Below the pieces are notes generated by a model that worked only from the letters and a program-made list of their open reading frames with translations, was not told where the DNA came from and did not search any database. Shown here in pieces: positions 51,170 to 64,000 of a stretch of 64,000 bases of DNA; positions within the stretch are counted from its first letter, which is position 1, and every line of letters begins with the position of its first letter. The position numbers were made by a program, and so were the translations under genes. The stretch comes from Octopus sinensis (taxonomy: Eukaryota): positions 54,250,001-54,314,000 of the forward strand of contig NC_043010.1 of the NCBI RefSeq assembly GCF_006345805.1, in the 5' to 3' direction.

Positions 51170-51199
<30 letters not shown>

Positions 51200-51200
<1 letters not shown>

Positions 51201-51400
51201 GGGAGAATTCACGAAAAAAAAAAAAACAACAAAAGACGAAGACAGGTGGTGTACAAAACAAACACATGTATCATTATAACGCTCAGGAATAGAAAAAAGT
51301 CTTTTACGTTTCGAGCCTACGCTCTTCCACAGAAAGGAACACAGAAAGAAACAAGGAGAGAAAATAAGGTTTGTAGTGGCTACCGATCTATCATGGCGAA
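51200..51400 (-). repeat. Dispersed repeat family P1 copy
   Basis: Reverse complement of 53165-53320. Confidence 0.75.
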
Positions 51401-51428
51401 TATATATATATATATATAATATATATAT

Positions 51429-52244
51429 CGAGGTTTGGTCAATAAGTACCCGGATTGGGCTATAAAATCTATGTAGAACACGTACGAATTTTATATTTAA
51501 TCTCCTTCAGAGTAGTCCTTAATCCAGTGCTGTTTTCATTGATGGAAGCATTCCTGGAACTCTGGGATAATTAGCAGCTGCATCGTCGCATTCACTTTGA
51601 TATACTCGAAGGCCTGAAATCTTCCTTACAAGCGTGATTTGCGTTTTGAAAAGAGGAAAAATTTGCAAGGGGAGAAATCTAGAGAACACAGTGTCTGTCG
51701 AACCTGAGCAATGCTGTGCCTAACTAAAAATTACAGCACAAGCTGCGCTGAATGTGCAGTAAAGTAGTCAGCTGAACGTAGTTTTGGCACAAACTTGGCA
51801 GACGTGCGTCTCATACCGTAATCTTCAGTAGTAATGAATGGACAGAACTGAACCGTAACTAATCTGCACATCTGATAACTCACAGATGGTGAGTCGACGA
51901 TTTCCCCTCACAGATGCACACTCATCTGCGATATATTTCTCAGTACTCATTGTTCTCGTCTCATACACTCCGCTCCATACGCTTTCTGCAACTTTGCGCA
52001 GACCTTTCAGCGGGTATCGACAAGATTTTGGCCAAATGTGATGCAGATTCGTGGCCAATGCGACGATCACACGCTTCACTCGTTCCCTCCAAGCAAGCAC
52101 TGCTGTAAACATAGAAAATGAGCTAGAACGTTAAAACATAGTTGGCATGCACTGAACAGAGTTCAATCTGTGCCAAGTGGCTTAACTCTGCGTGCCTTTT
52201 TTCTTTACTATGGCAACAGTTCGTGTACATTTGGTCCGACCACG
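51429..52244 (-). mobile_element. Mariner-type element, internally deleted, with degenerate TIRs at both ends
   Basis: Minus-strand translation NRRLTICELSDVQISYGSVLSI matches the mariner second HTH (RR.T.RE.....GIS.GSV..I). Ends cgaggtttggtcaataagtacccgga and (reverse complement) cgtggtcggaccaaatgtacacgaa, within TA runs. Confidence 0.75.
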
Positions 52245-53164
52245 CAAATATATATATATGTATGTGTGTGTATGTGTGTGTGTGCGTGTGCGTGTATGTG
52301 TGTGTGTGTGCGTGTGTGTGTGTATATATGTATGTGTTATATTGTAACCTTTCAAGAGGCTGAACGTCGCAGTAGGTATGTCACATTATACAGAAGCATA
52401 ACATAAATATTTCAGATTTCGTTTGTTTGACGCCTGGAGACTGAAGCTAATTCCGGGGAAATTCTTACATTTCCAACATATAATTCCTAACATATCACTG
52501 TATACGAAGATCCACGAGCAAAATAAAGAAAAACTGAAATAAGAGAAGTCAAACATGAAAGTAATATCCAATGCAAAAGAATTCCTCTGTTTAATATCAT
52601 AGTTCGTATTACAACAAAGAGATAGTACGCCGATGAAAAGAAATTTATTGAAATAAGACAAACAATTTTATATAAGTATTTGAATATTAGCAGGATATAA
52701 TATTATGAATTTTACAGAAGACATATATATGAATTTCATAATACGAAGACGAATTTTATATAATGTAAAACCGTTAAAACACGGAGTTTTGTTTCATGTA
52801 ACAATATTTTATTGTAAACAAAATAAATATAGGAACAAATGAACAAAATGCTCGTATAATAATGACGGAATGTAATGAAAAATAAAGTATAAATATATAA
52901 TTCTATAATGAATAATTTTATTAGAAACAGTAGCAGCAGGAGCAGCGACATATTATTGTATTTCGACGAATAAAATTAAATCTATTCGATACGCAAAAAA
53001 TGCAATGAAATATTAATTGGACGTTCGACAGTATATCATAAATGATGATCAGAATCTTAACGCCGGGGTACAATCTAATGAAATGACCATAGTGATTCGG
53101 TCATGTGTATCTCGTTGGAGCATTCATTATGTAAACGTTACATATATATATATATATATACATT

Positions 53165-53320
53165 TTTTTCTCCCCCTTGTTTTTTCTCTGTCCCTTTCTG
53201 TAGAAGAGCGTAGGCTCGAAACGTAAAAGACTTTTTTTATCCTGAGCGTTATTATCTAATATATCTGTTTATTGTACACCACCTGTCTTCGTCTTTGCTA
53301 TTTTCGTAAACTTTCCCATA
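53165..53320 (+). repeat. Dispersed repeat family P1 copy
   Basis: ctgtagaagagcgtaggctcgaaacgtaaaaga core; homologues listed above. Confidence 0.78.
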
Positions 53321-53624
53321 TATATATATATATATATATTTCTACATATCTATTTTCTTTCCTCCACTTCTCTCTCTATTTTGTATCCCATTTAAATTAA
53401 CTGTTACTTAACCATCCTCTCACACCGTTTCCGATAAAAGGATATAATTAATAAATATCCTGGAAACAGCTATAAGACCTTCTATCTATAAATGTTCTAA
53501 TATCTACACAGCATTGTTTGTTTTATCCCATTACACAAAAAAATCGTATATATGTATATGAGTGTGTGTGTATGTATGTATGCACATATATTCCCATATA
53601 TGCATGCAAGTACATGTATATGTC

Positions 53625-53695
<71 letters not shown>

Positions 53696-53713
53696 GCATA
53701 TGTATTTATGCTT

Positions 53714-53938
53714 ATTCTTTTATTTCTTTTACTTGCTTCAGTCATTTACTGCGGCCATGATGGAGCAACACATTTTAGTCTAAGAAATTGTCCCGGGACT
53801 TATTCTATTTTGAGCCTAGGTCTCATTCTATCGGACGCGTTTGCCGAACCGCTAGGTTACGGGAACATAAACGCACCAAAATCGGTTCTCAAGCGATGGT
53901 GGCGGACAAAAACAGGCACACATGCATATACGTATATA
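53714..53938 (-). mobile_element. SINE family A 3' half, interrupted by a mariner end
   Basis: Reverse complement of the family A 3' half. Confidence 0.8.
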
Positions 53939-54110
53939 CGAGGTTTGATCAATAGGTATCAGGTCTATGTCATAGCAACGAAGCCAAAGCAAGCAAAGAA
54001 AAGCATAGAACTCTGGATGCCAACTAAATTTTGACGTTCTAGCTTATTTTCCCTGTTTGCAGCTGTGCTTGAAAGGAAGGTGTGTAGTGTGTAATCGTGA
54101 GTTCTGGAGA
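53939..54110 (+). mobile_element. 5' end of the same mariner family as 51429-52244
   Basis: TA|cgaggtttgatcaataggtatc TIR. The following ...gccaactaaattttgacgttctagcttatttt matches the reverse complement of 52100-52150. Confidence 0.7.
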
Positions 54111-54842
54111 TCATACTCTATTACTGCAATATGTCCCGCGGTACGCTGACATTATATATTTTTTTCGGAATGTACTTTGAATTCCCTCTTTGTCTGTAAA
54201 GTAGCACTGGTCGACCTAGTTCTCAAGTATATATATATTTTTTCGTATTTAGCATATGGACTTCTATAGCTGAAAACTTCTATGACTGAAAACGGTTAAT
54301 ATTTTGATAATTAGTTTGAGACGTAATCAAATTTATTTTCTAATTTGATAACAACTTTAGATACCAATATATAATTTCATATTATATGTAGTTATCTAAA
54401 GTTCCTCGATGTCTTGAGGGTGCAACAACGTCTCTGCAATTTCTAGCTGTTTGGCGATGTTTGTCACAATTATATTAATATGTTCCACGCATAGAAATAA
54501 GACAACAATCTCGTGTCACGATTGGAAATAGGTCAACAATGACGTATCGCTATGTATGTTAGCTATAAAGTTATCTTTGAAACTGCATTCTTTACACGTG
54601 TAATTTTAGGATCATATATATAGAAATCGATGTATTACTGTACGTGTGCGTCTCATCACAGACACACGCTCATTTATATGTATAAACGTGTATATATGCA
54701 TGCACGAACAACTGGGTATCGCTATATCTATCGCACTCCTTCATTCTCTCTCACTAAATAAACATAATATCACACACACATATACATGTATAAGTGATTA
54801 TGAATATACATACACACTCACATATAATATATATATATATAT

Positions 54843-55420
54843 GCTGCGATAGTCAAACTGTCGCCGTTTAATATTTCTTATTTCGAGCATGCACATTGTG
54901 TTTGATTTAGTCGACTACACAGTATAGTAGGGTCAGTTGGGCACCGTCCGCGAGAAAAATAGCACCATGACGAAGTTAACTTTGTCAGAAAATTGAAAAA
55001 ATGACATGCTGTACTGCTTGGTATTCGCACTCGAAGCTCCAATACTAACATTTCAGAATGTTTTGGTGTCAACCTGAGGAAGGTGCAGATGATTCTGAAA
55101 GAGTTGGACGAGTCTAATTATGATTGTAATGCTACGGCAGCTCCGAAAACTCAATCTGATCGTATTGACAAGAAAAGAACTGAATTTATTTGTGAAATCC
55201 AGGCCATGTTTGACAACGATCCCTCCAAGTCAATCAGGTCCATCATCAGGGACATGGGTGTGTGTGAGTTTCTTATCAGGCAGGTAGTGAATGATAACAT
55301 TAGGTATTCCTCATCCAAAATGAGAAAGGGGCAATTTTATCACAAGGCTTCAAGAACAAGGGGAAAGACCATGCTACGAATAATTTCAATGAACTCAAGC
55401 TTCCCCTCCAAACGAAACAT
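54843..55420 (+). mobile_element. Tc1/mariner (maT/DD37D-like) transposase N-terminal relic
   Basis: Translation ...EIQAMFDNDPSKSIRSIIRDMGVCEFLIRQVVNDNIRYSSSKMRKGQF resembles the HTH of maT-like transposases (family knowledge). Frameshifted and truncated before the DDD domain. Confidence 0.65.
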
Positions 55421-55745
55421 CTCGCGAAACACTCCCGCACAGTTCTTTCGGATAAAGTAACATCACCCTAAACTGCGTATATTTCTTTGGTTGCTTGTGA
55501 GGCATTTTTCCCTTTACGGATAAAGAAAAGCATCAAGTGCCGAAAATGAACATTATCTTCCATTTTAAAGAGTTACAGATTTAACACAGGTTATAGGAAC
55601 ATAAACCTTCTTCCACGAAAAGATAGCTTAAACTGTGCTCTAAATGGAGGTGAAGTCAAATCCTGTTTTATGGACTCAACCATGTTCTAAAATAAGTCGA
55701 AAGTTAAGCTACTATAAAGTGGCACGAACTTTCTGGACAACTCAA
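55421..55745 (-). mobile_element. Mariner (mellifera-like) 5' fragment
   Basis: TA|ttgagttgtccagaaagttcgtgcc TIR. Translation from 55563 MEDNVHFRHLMLFFIRKGKNASQATKEIYAV*GDVTLSERTVRECFA matches the mariner N-terminus (HFRH.LLF.FRKGKNA.QA). Confidence 0.85.
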
Positions 55746-56392
55746 TATATGTGCTCCTGTAGCGGTATAGCCGCCATGATTCCTTAATAAATTCATGTAT
55801 TTAATTCCGAGCGGTGGGTTCATATTCATTTACCGTGTCAAATAAAGCCTTATCCATTACTAATGAATAAGAGAGCATTTATTTGATTGCTCGAAAATAG
55901 TCAAACACTCGATAAATCGCCCTAAAGAAAAATAAAAGTCGAAATGAAATATATCTGATAAATATAAAGACAGAGTAAAACCAATATATCACTGAAGTGA
56001 ATCGAGCAGAGACATTGATTTAATTCTTCTCACGATCACGACGAATACATTGACCAGTCTGACACTGTGGCCTCGACCTAACAAGAGACAAGCTATGTAA
56101 AAATCATAACAGCCAGCCTTAAAAGCGGACATATTGAATAATGCAGTCTGGAAAACAATATATGCCCGGATGAACAAGGCATTGTCTAAGTGTCATTGGC
56201 TCTTATCATAGTTAATGACCGCTGTGTTCGCTATAACGCAAAATATATGAAAGTAATTTCTTTTGTTCGTATTACAGAAAAACTTGCTTTTAAGCAAAAA
56301 TATTGCTGGCCATCAAATAGATGCGACTATCATTCAATGTGTCTGTGTTCGTGTGTGTTCATACATGTGTATATATACATATACATGCATAC

Positions 56393-56427
<35 letters not shown>

Positions 56428-56674
56428 ATATATATATATATATAATATATATATATATATATGTATATACCCATATATATATATACTGATATATGTATGT
56501 ATCTCTATGTATACATCTATTTGCCTATATATATATATATTATATAAATGTACGTATGTATATATCAAAGGTTGAACAGATATAGCTCTGCTTCGCCTAA
56601 CCTTTTCTCTTTATTGTTTTCTGTCTGCTTAACCATTGATACATCCATGTATGGCAACGCTCACCTGTTTCTTT

Positions 56675-56751
<77 letters not shown>

Positions 56752-56826
56752 TATATTGATAAAACTCACTTGGAAATCGATACGTGGCGTTCGATTTAAT
56801 AATATAGATAATATATAAATAAATGC

Positions 56827-56860
<34 letters not shown>

Positions 56861-57636
56861 ACATAACTACATATATACGTATATATACATGCATAAAAAA
56901 AAAGGTTGAAGAAAATGGGAAACGAGAACACAAAAAACAAAAACATAGAAAACGAACATTTTTCGAAAGATGAAAGAAACAAATAGAGAAACGAAAGAGG
57001 CAACATAAAGAACATTCCTTTCATCAGTTGTACCCTGTTTTATCTATTCTGCGTTTCGATAGTATGGACAAGACGCGACTTCGTTAAAAAAGCGCTTCAC
57101 GCAAAGCAAATTAAAATTTGGAATTTTTTTCTTTTTTGAAGTGTTAAAGTGGTAACAAAACAGAACCGTAAGAAGAAAACAGTAAAAACAAACGGTGAGA
57201 GCTGTTAAGCGAAAAAAGGGGTTACAATGGTGAACGTTGGAAAAATGAGCTTTGACAAGAAACAGGCAAAAGCACGTCTTGTCTTTAGGAATGAAGCGGA
57301 AGAAAGAAAGATAGATATGTGAGCAACGAGAGAGGCAAGGAGGAAGAGCGTCAGAGTGAGAGGGAACACTGAAGGGAGAGGAGAAGAATAGGGAAAGGGT
57401 GAGAGAGAAAACAGAAAGGAAGAAGAACAAGCTAATTTAAATAGCGAGAACAGATTGGATATCACTGCATCCCTAAAATATGTATATACTTTTAAACAAT
57501 TACTTTATAAAAACATATTAAAATATGTGAAACGACGGTATTTCTCTTTCAATTTTTATATATGTTTTGCGCATATTTTCAACTCAAGATTTTGCCATGT
57601 GGTGTATAGTGAATCTCCAGTATTTTCGCTCCCTTT

Positions 57637-57739
<103 letters not shown>

Positions 57740-58377
57740 ATACAGGGTGGTGCAATGAATAAATTGTCGTCTAGATTATGTTAAATGCTTCGATTAAAGG
57801 CGGTGCTCCAGCGTGGCTGCAGTCAAATGACTGAAAGAAATAAAAGAATACAAGATTATGTGTGTGTGTGTGTGTGTATGTGAGCCATTTTACGCACACA
57901 CACATATATCTATAAGTGTGAGTGAGGAAACGATAGCAAGTGTTACTGCAACGTCACAACTACAGCTCTAGCCATGTTGTTCATCCAGTCTTAACATAAC
58001 CACCGACAAAACTTTTTTCCTTCCACGTAAAGATTTGCTGCCACTAATGTGTTAATACACCATTAACAATGATTGAGCTAGAAATACTAAACAAAATCCT
58101 ATATTATGTGTGTGTAGTACAAAATGTGATTAACTGATGCTATTAGACACACTTTCCCTGTAATTTGGCGCCAAAGTAGCAACAAATCCCTGCCAATATC
58201 CTGTTCGAGCAAGTACAAAGAAAAGAACCTGTCTCTCTTATCACATAATTGAGACCAGGCGATTTGATCAGATTTGCCAATAGACACCTAAGATCTAGAA
58301 ACCAACTTGAATTTGGCTCAAATCCGTTACTTTTCCCTCGATATCTGATGAGATATGATTATGCTCTTTTACTGTAT

Positions 58378-58786
58378 TACTCTTTTACTTGTTTCAGTCA
58401 TTTGATTGTGGCCATGCTGGAGCACCACCTATAGTCTAGCAAATCGAACCCAGGACGTATTCTTTGTAAGCCTAGTACTTATTCTATCGGTCGTGAACAC
58501 ACGTAAATACGCGGACGTAAACACACCAGCATCGGTTGTCAAGCAATGTTGGGGGGGGGAGAGATACGAACAGAGACACACACATATATATATATGTATT
58601 ATATATATATATACATGCACATATATACGACGGGTTTCTTTCAGTTTCCGTCTACCAAATACACTCACACGGCTTTGGTTGACTCGAGACTATAGTAGAA
58701 GACACTTGCTCAAGGTGCCACTCAGTGGGACTGAATCCGGAAGCAGGTGGTTCATGAGCAAGCCACTTACCACGCAGCCACTCCCA
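58378..58786 (-). mobile_element. SINE family A, near full length
   Basis: Reverse complement of 44241-44629. Confidence 0.88.
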
Positions 58787-59110
58787 TAAAAATATGTGTA
58801 TAAAACTGTAAAATGAGAGGAAATGGATTTTGAGCACGAACAGGTCTCCATGTCGTATATCGTTATAATTATTACTAATACATATAGCCCACAAAATATT
58901 ACCGCCCAGTGAAGCAAACAGGGAATTACCCATGGGAGGAATTAACTTTACAGTGTGAATGCCAACTAATTTTAGTAATAAACGTTAAAAACTGATCGAT
59001 GTGGTCAACCGTAACCTGCAATACAAACGAGAGCCTCCACCACATCCGCCCGGATGATATATCCCACCAAACTCACATGTAAATATATACATACATATAT
59101 ACATACATGC

Positions 59111-59171
<61 letters not shown>

Positions 59172-59437
59172 ATATATATATATATATTACGGAGATGTAC
59201 TTGCATAGCAAGTGGCCTGATCTGAGATCGTGTGCTGGAACGAAAACAATTGCAGCGTGGAAGCTGTTTCTAACCCATTTAAGAAACACACAAAAGCCGT
59301 TAGATTCACTTCAACATTTGAATATAATTTGCCAAAATATTTTCGTCGCTTTGAGACCGCGACCTGTTTGCTGAAAAAATTGCGTGGTGTATATTTATAT
59401 ATATATATATGGCACCCATATACGCACACAGATATGT

Positions 59438-59481
<44 letters not shown>

Positions 59482-60145
59482 ACATACACACACATATATA
59501 TATATATATATGTATATACACGTAGCAAACAGCAGAATTTATTCTTGCATATAATATGCGATATTGTCGAACAAGGAAGTTCACCTTCCCCTTAGTTACC
59601 TCCGCCTAAACACAAACATGCCAACAGAAATTGCTCTGTTTCTATTGTGGCTTCAGAAATTATGTTTCTTATCATACAATGTATATTATGTCAACTAATT
59701 TCAGGTTATTTCTAGTATTTCATAGAAACAATAATTTCTTACATATATTTGTGAATTACATTCTCTCAGTACAATACTTAACATATGATATTGCCGCACA
59801 ATGTTTCCGATTTGATCTCAGATGAAACAAACATCAAGGTAGGAGACTTAAAAGAGGGCAGCAATTTCGAACTGCCTCATTCACCAATCACATAAATTGG
59901 GCATGGAAAAGGTGATTACCCTAGTGGTGCCCCAGCATGTACCCAGCTTTAGGTTGAAACGTGTAAAAGTACATTACAATATAAGTTTCTCAATTCTCCC
60001 TCAGCATATATATCGATACACACACACATATATATCATATCCTTATATATATATGCATATGTGCATGCATGCATATGTATGTATCAGCTACTATCTCTCT
60101 ACCTATGTATGTATGTATCTATCTGTCTCCCCTTTCTCTTTCTGC

Positions 60146-60191
<46 letters not shown>

Positions 60192-61334
60192 GTTGATTTC
60201 ACACAACATAGTTTTCCTTTCACCGTCCGTGTAAGATTATGTTAGCGCCTGTATTTGAAAAGGTTACCTACTGACATAGTACTTACATGCTTCGCATTCA
60301 ACAACGATTTCTGTGTACGTATACAAGACTTCAATAATGGAACATATCGACGAAACATATACAACACACACCTTCCAACCATGCAGCAACAAATTAGTCT
60401 AGCTGTCAATCTAACGTCAAACCAACTAAATTCCAACTGTGATTTTTCACCTGTGTTTCCCATATGTCTGTATTAAAACCAATAAGACACGGAATCTCAA
60501 GAGATTAATCATTCTCTGAAGCAATACACATGGACAACGTTGTGGTAAATGTAATTCGTTGTTGAGTGAAAGTATATTGTACCAACGAAAAAACATAAAG
60601 ATAAAAGTACTATTAGCTATCTCTGTTAGATTGGCATCCTAAATATCAGCATTAAATTTATGTACGGTCAATTCACTAAAGAGTATATTCTTAATAAAAA
60701 CTAGACTGAAATTAAATTATCTTTGTCGTGTCACCCAGAAGGAATGGCTTTGTAAGTGATGTATTTTTTACGTGACTGCTTCTCTTTCCGTTTCCAAATT
60801 TGCGATCTTTATCTCACTCTAGAGATATTTCGACGTGTTACATGTTTAAAACTTCATTCTCTGTCTGCTATATAATGCAGAGAAAATTCCCACAGAACGC
60901 AATATCGGAATCCATAACTCACATTCTTGAATAACAATATATTGATATTAGAAGAATAAGGAAGTTACTTTATTCGGAAAGAACAATTCTTGTTATTACA
61001 AGAAATGGAACTGTAATATATTTCCTCATTTAGAACTAAGAAACTTAAAAATCTCCTGTGTATTGTTTTGAATGTATTGAATTTTTTCCTTGACCCATTT
61101 TACGAATATCGTGAAAAACCCTCTCTATATGAGAGGTATTTACGACTGTAATCGTTCATTTAACATTCTTTGGAACCAATTAAAACCATCGCCAATTAGA
61201 AGAAAAAAGTACTACATTTTATAGACTTGTTGAAATTAGTCTTAGCCTCGTCCTCAGCTTATTCGCTTAGAAAATATCCTACGCCAAATCAACTTATACA
61301 AATCGCAATTACCAACCTGATAGGTAATATATAA

Positions 61335-61495
61335 TCATAACAACAGCAACAACAACGACAATAATAATGATAATAATAATAATAAAAATAATAATAATGA
61401 TAATAATAATAATAATAATAATAATACGAATAATAATAATAATGATAATAAGAATAAGAATAAGAATAAGAATAATAATGATGATGATGATAACT
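61335..61495. repeat. (AAC)/(AAT)/(AAGAAT) microsatellite
   Basis: Direct reading. Confidence 0.9.
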
Positions 61496-63824
61496 TCTTA
61501 AATTGGCACAATATCACAATTTTATTAGGCAATTAAAATGAACCCCTGCATAACCGGTGCTTATTTTATTAGTTACTCCGACCTGAAATATAAATTAATC
61601 TCGACGTAAACAGGGCGAAAATACTAAATAATTGACGGCCTTTTGCCCGATACTTCTAATGAGAGTAAGACAACTATAGTGACAAAGAAGATATTGTTAG
61701 CGATAATAAATATTCTTTTATTTGCTACAGTGGTATCACATTCACTTACAAATATGTCATATAAATTTACCGCAACCAATCATGCAGCTACGTTGTGTTC
61801 GGCCTATATCCTTCTAAGAGACATCAGTTGTTCCAACAATGGTATTACCTCTTTCTGAATTAAAGTGCGGTTCGAAAGTGGGATTTCCTGATTGCAAGGC
61901 AAATTTCTTCATAATTTCGCCATGCCACGCCTACTCTTGGTCTCTAAATGTATATTAAACGAGGAGGCCAGGACAGAATACTACATAAAAGACTTCCCAC
62001 GTCGGAAATTGATTTGGACCACCGCGTATGGAGGATGAATGCTTTCTACGACAACCACATCGCACGCTGCGAGGTTGCTGTCAACGTAAACCAATCTTCT
62101 GACAGGGTTCAAGAACTAGCCCTTACACACATATCTATTTTACCATGTGCACTCATCTTCCATTTCCCGCATGCCAAATAACAGCCGTTCGACAAGCTGT
62201 TGTTTGCAATGAAAATGTTACAAATGCCTGGTCACTAATTGTGTCCGTGAAGAACAATTTCGTTGAGCAGCGCACAATTTGAGTTGGAGATACTGACAGC
62301 ACTTGCATGCCTGTGGAGCTTACAATGAAGCTGCCCTAAATCTCGCACAATTCAGAAAGAAAGGCAGAAACTCCGGATTTTCGGAGTAACAATGATACAC
62401 ATAAAGCAAAGCTTGTGCCCAGGTTTTAGGCTTTTAAAAATCGTCCATATCTTAAAACTCGTATGCATTGTCTTAAATAAACTGGCATGCCATATGTCCT
62501 AGTCAACTGAAAATGCTGTATACATCCTAGTTAAAGTGACTACTTATGTGTTCGAAAATTTATGCTGCAGCTGCCAAATGAGTCTAAAAAACAGTGATCG
62601 CATTTTGATGAACCATTGTTTTTCAACATATTTAATATGATATTCCATACATTATGACTGGGCAGAATCCCAGTATTTTCTTTACAGCTGTGAACTTCGA
62701 AAACAAAACAAAGCTGTTCCCGACAAAAGCGCAGCTGTTTTTCAGCACTTAACACTATATAGGGTGAATATAACGCAAAGAACATTGGTCAAAAGAAAAG
62801 TATAAATACAATCCGATCTATGCCCACCGTAGCTGCTATAATACCGATGTCTCTTTTGATTTTATGTCTATTGCAAGGCTTTATGCGAAAGCTACAATAA
62901 AACTTATTATCATGAGTCGTGTACCTGAGCAAAAATCTCTAGTTCCATCGCGCTGTGTACTGGAACACCAATATATAGACGCATCATTGAGAAATAAACA
63001 ATAGCCATTATGTTTCGATGATGAGGATTTCGCTTCTAAACCTCCTTCGTTCAATTAGACTGATTCCTTGCTATTTATCAAAAAGAATAATTCTACATGC
63101 CCAAAGGGCAGCATATGTATGTCGCCGGCTTATCAGTATTCTCTTCAACAAATAGAAATCCAGTAAGGCTACTTACGATATTCCTTTTTCATTTTCCACC
63201 ATTTTCCAATTTGTTTAACAAGTTTAACAGTTTACCAATTAACAAAGAATTCAGCGGTGTTCTTCATGCTGTTGAAGCTCAGAATTTTTGTGTAAGTAGT
63301 TTAACTGCTCTGTTTCATTTGTACTTTTTCAAATCTAAGTTTTATATATTTTAACATGTTGCTATAGTCGGCAGGGTCACCAGCGTTGCTGGTGTTACAG
63401 GTTCTGTTTGTTAGACTAGTGGTGGATATATTTCGCTGTTAACAATCTTTGTATCACGCTAGCTAACGCTCAGCATTCAGCTGCTAACACAATAACACAG
63501 TAAGTTTCAGATTTTGGAGTTTGTGTGTTAGAAAGAATTTGTATCTTCGTGCTGACGTGTGTGAAGAAGTTGCAGTGATCAAAAACAAAATTTTCGAAGC
63601 AAAATATTTTAGAAATTTTCAATTTCCACTCGACTGCCGTTTGGCTCATGAACAAAACAAGCAACTACAATAGTGTCATTGTTAAGTGTACACAACTGAT
63701 TCCAGAAAACGACCGATACGTGACTTCTGGATGGTTAGCCACGAGTAACGATTATAACATTAGCAGCACTAGCACCAGCGACTAAAAGACCACAACAATA
63801 ATAATATTAATAGGCAATTCCAAA

Positions 63825-63883
<59 letters not shown>

Positions 63884-63897
63884 GTAATAATAATAAC

Positions 63898-63946
<49 letters not shown>
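63825..63946. repeat. (TAC)n-(TAA)n microsatellite
   Basis: Direct reading. Confidence 0.95.
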
Positions 63947-64000
63947 GGTTTAGGCTAATTTAGGCCAATCACACGCACACACACGTTTCTGTAGTTTCTT

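Noticed and set aside
56960-57090. CTGATGA and GAAAC motifs on the minus strand
   Set aside because: Order and pairing do not give stems I and II around a complete core.
59330-59375. GTCGC/GCGAC stem followed by GAAA on the minus strand
   Set aside because: No CUGANGA core or valid stem III.
60242-60476. Overlapping non-repetitive ORFs with a GTAAGT donor
   Set aside because: No recognisable domain, no compatible partner exons.

Overview
AT-rich, microsatellite-saturated, repeat-dominated eukaryotic DNA. The SINE families and base composition resemble those of a cephalopod (Octopus-like; my inference, not verified). No host protein-coding gene can be supported: nearly all listed ORFs translate microsatellites, tandem arrays or transposon relics. 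Contents: (1) a ~5 kb Tx1/L1-clade LINE (36892-41930) with both ends present, sitting inside a (TATC)n tract and missing the central RT catalytic region; (2) three or four tRNA-derived SINE families, including three full-length copies with clear target-site duplications and one SINE internally amplified into a 184-bp tandem array; (3) mariner/Tc1 relics, Helitron-like relics, a CR1/L2-like fragment and a GG-ended MITE with an 8-bp TSD; (4) two large tandem arrays (GC-rich 22-mer, 3.2 kb; A/T-tract array, 2.2 kb); (5) several fold-back inverted repeats next to (TA)n tracts. The most notable signal is a set of type I hammerhead ribozyme motifs on the minus strand. One has an intact catalytic core (9976-10031) and lies inside a ~290-nt terminally redundant unit resembling a non-LTR retrozyme or Penelope pLTR. 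A second is near-intact (19230-19322), and several core-mutated relics occur in dispersed repeats.
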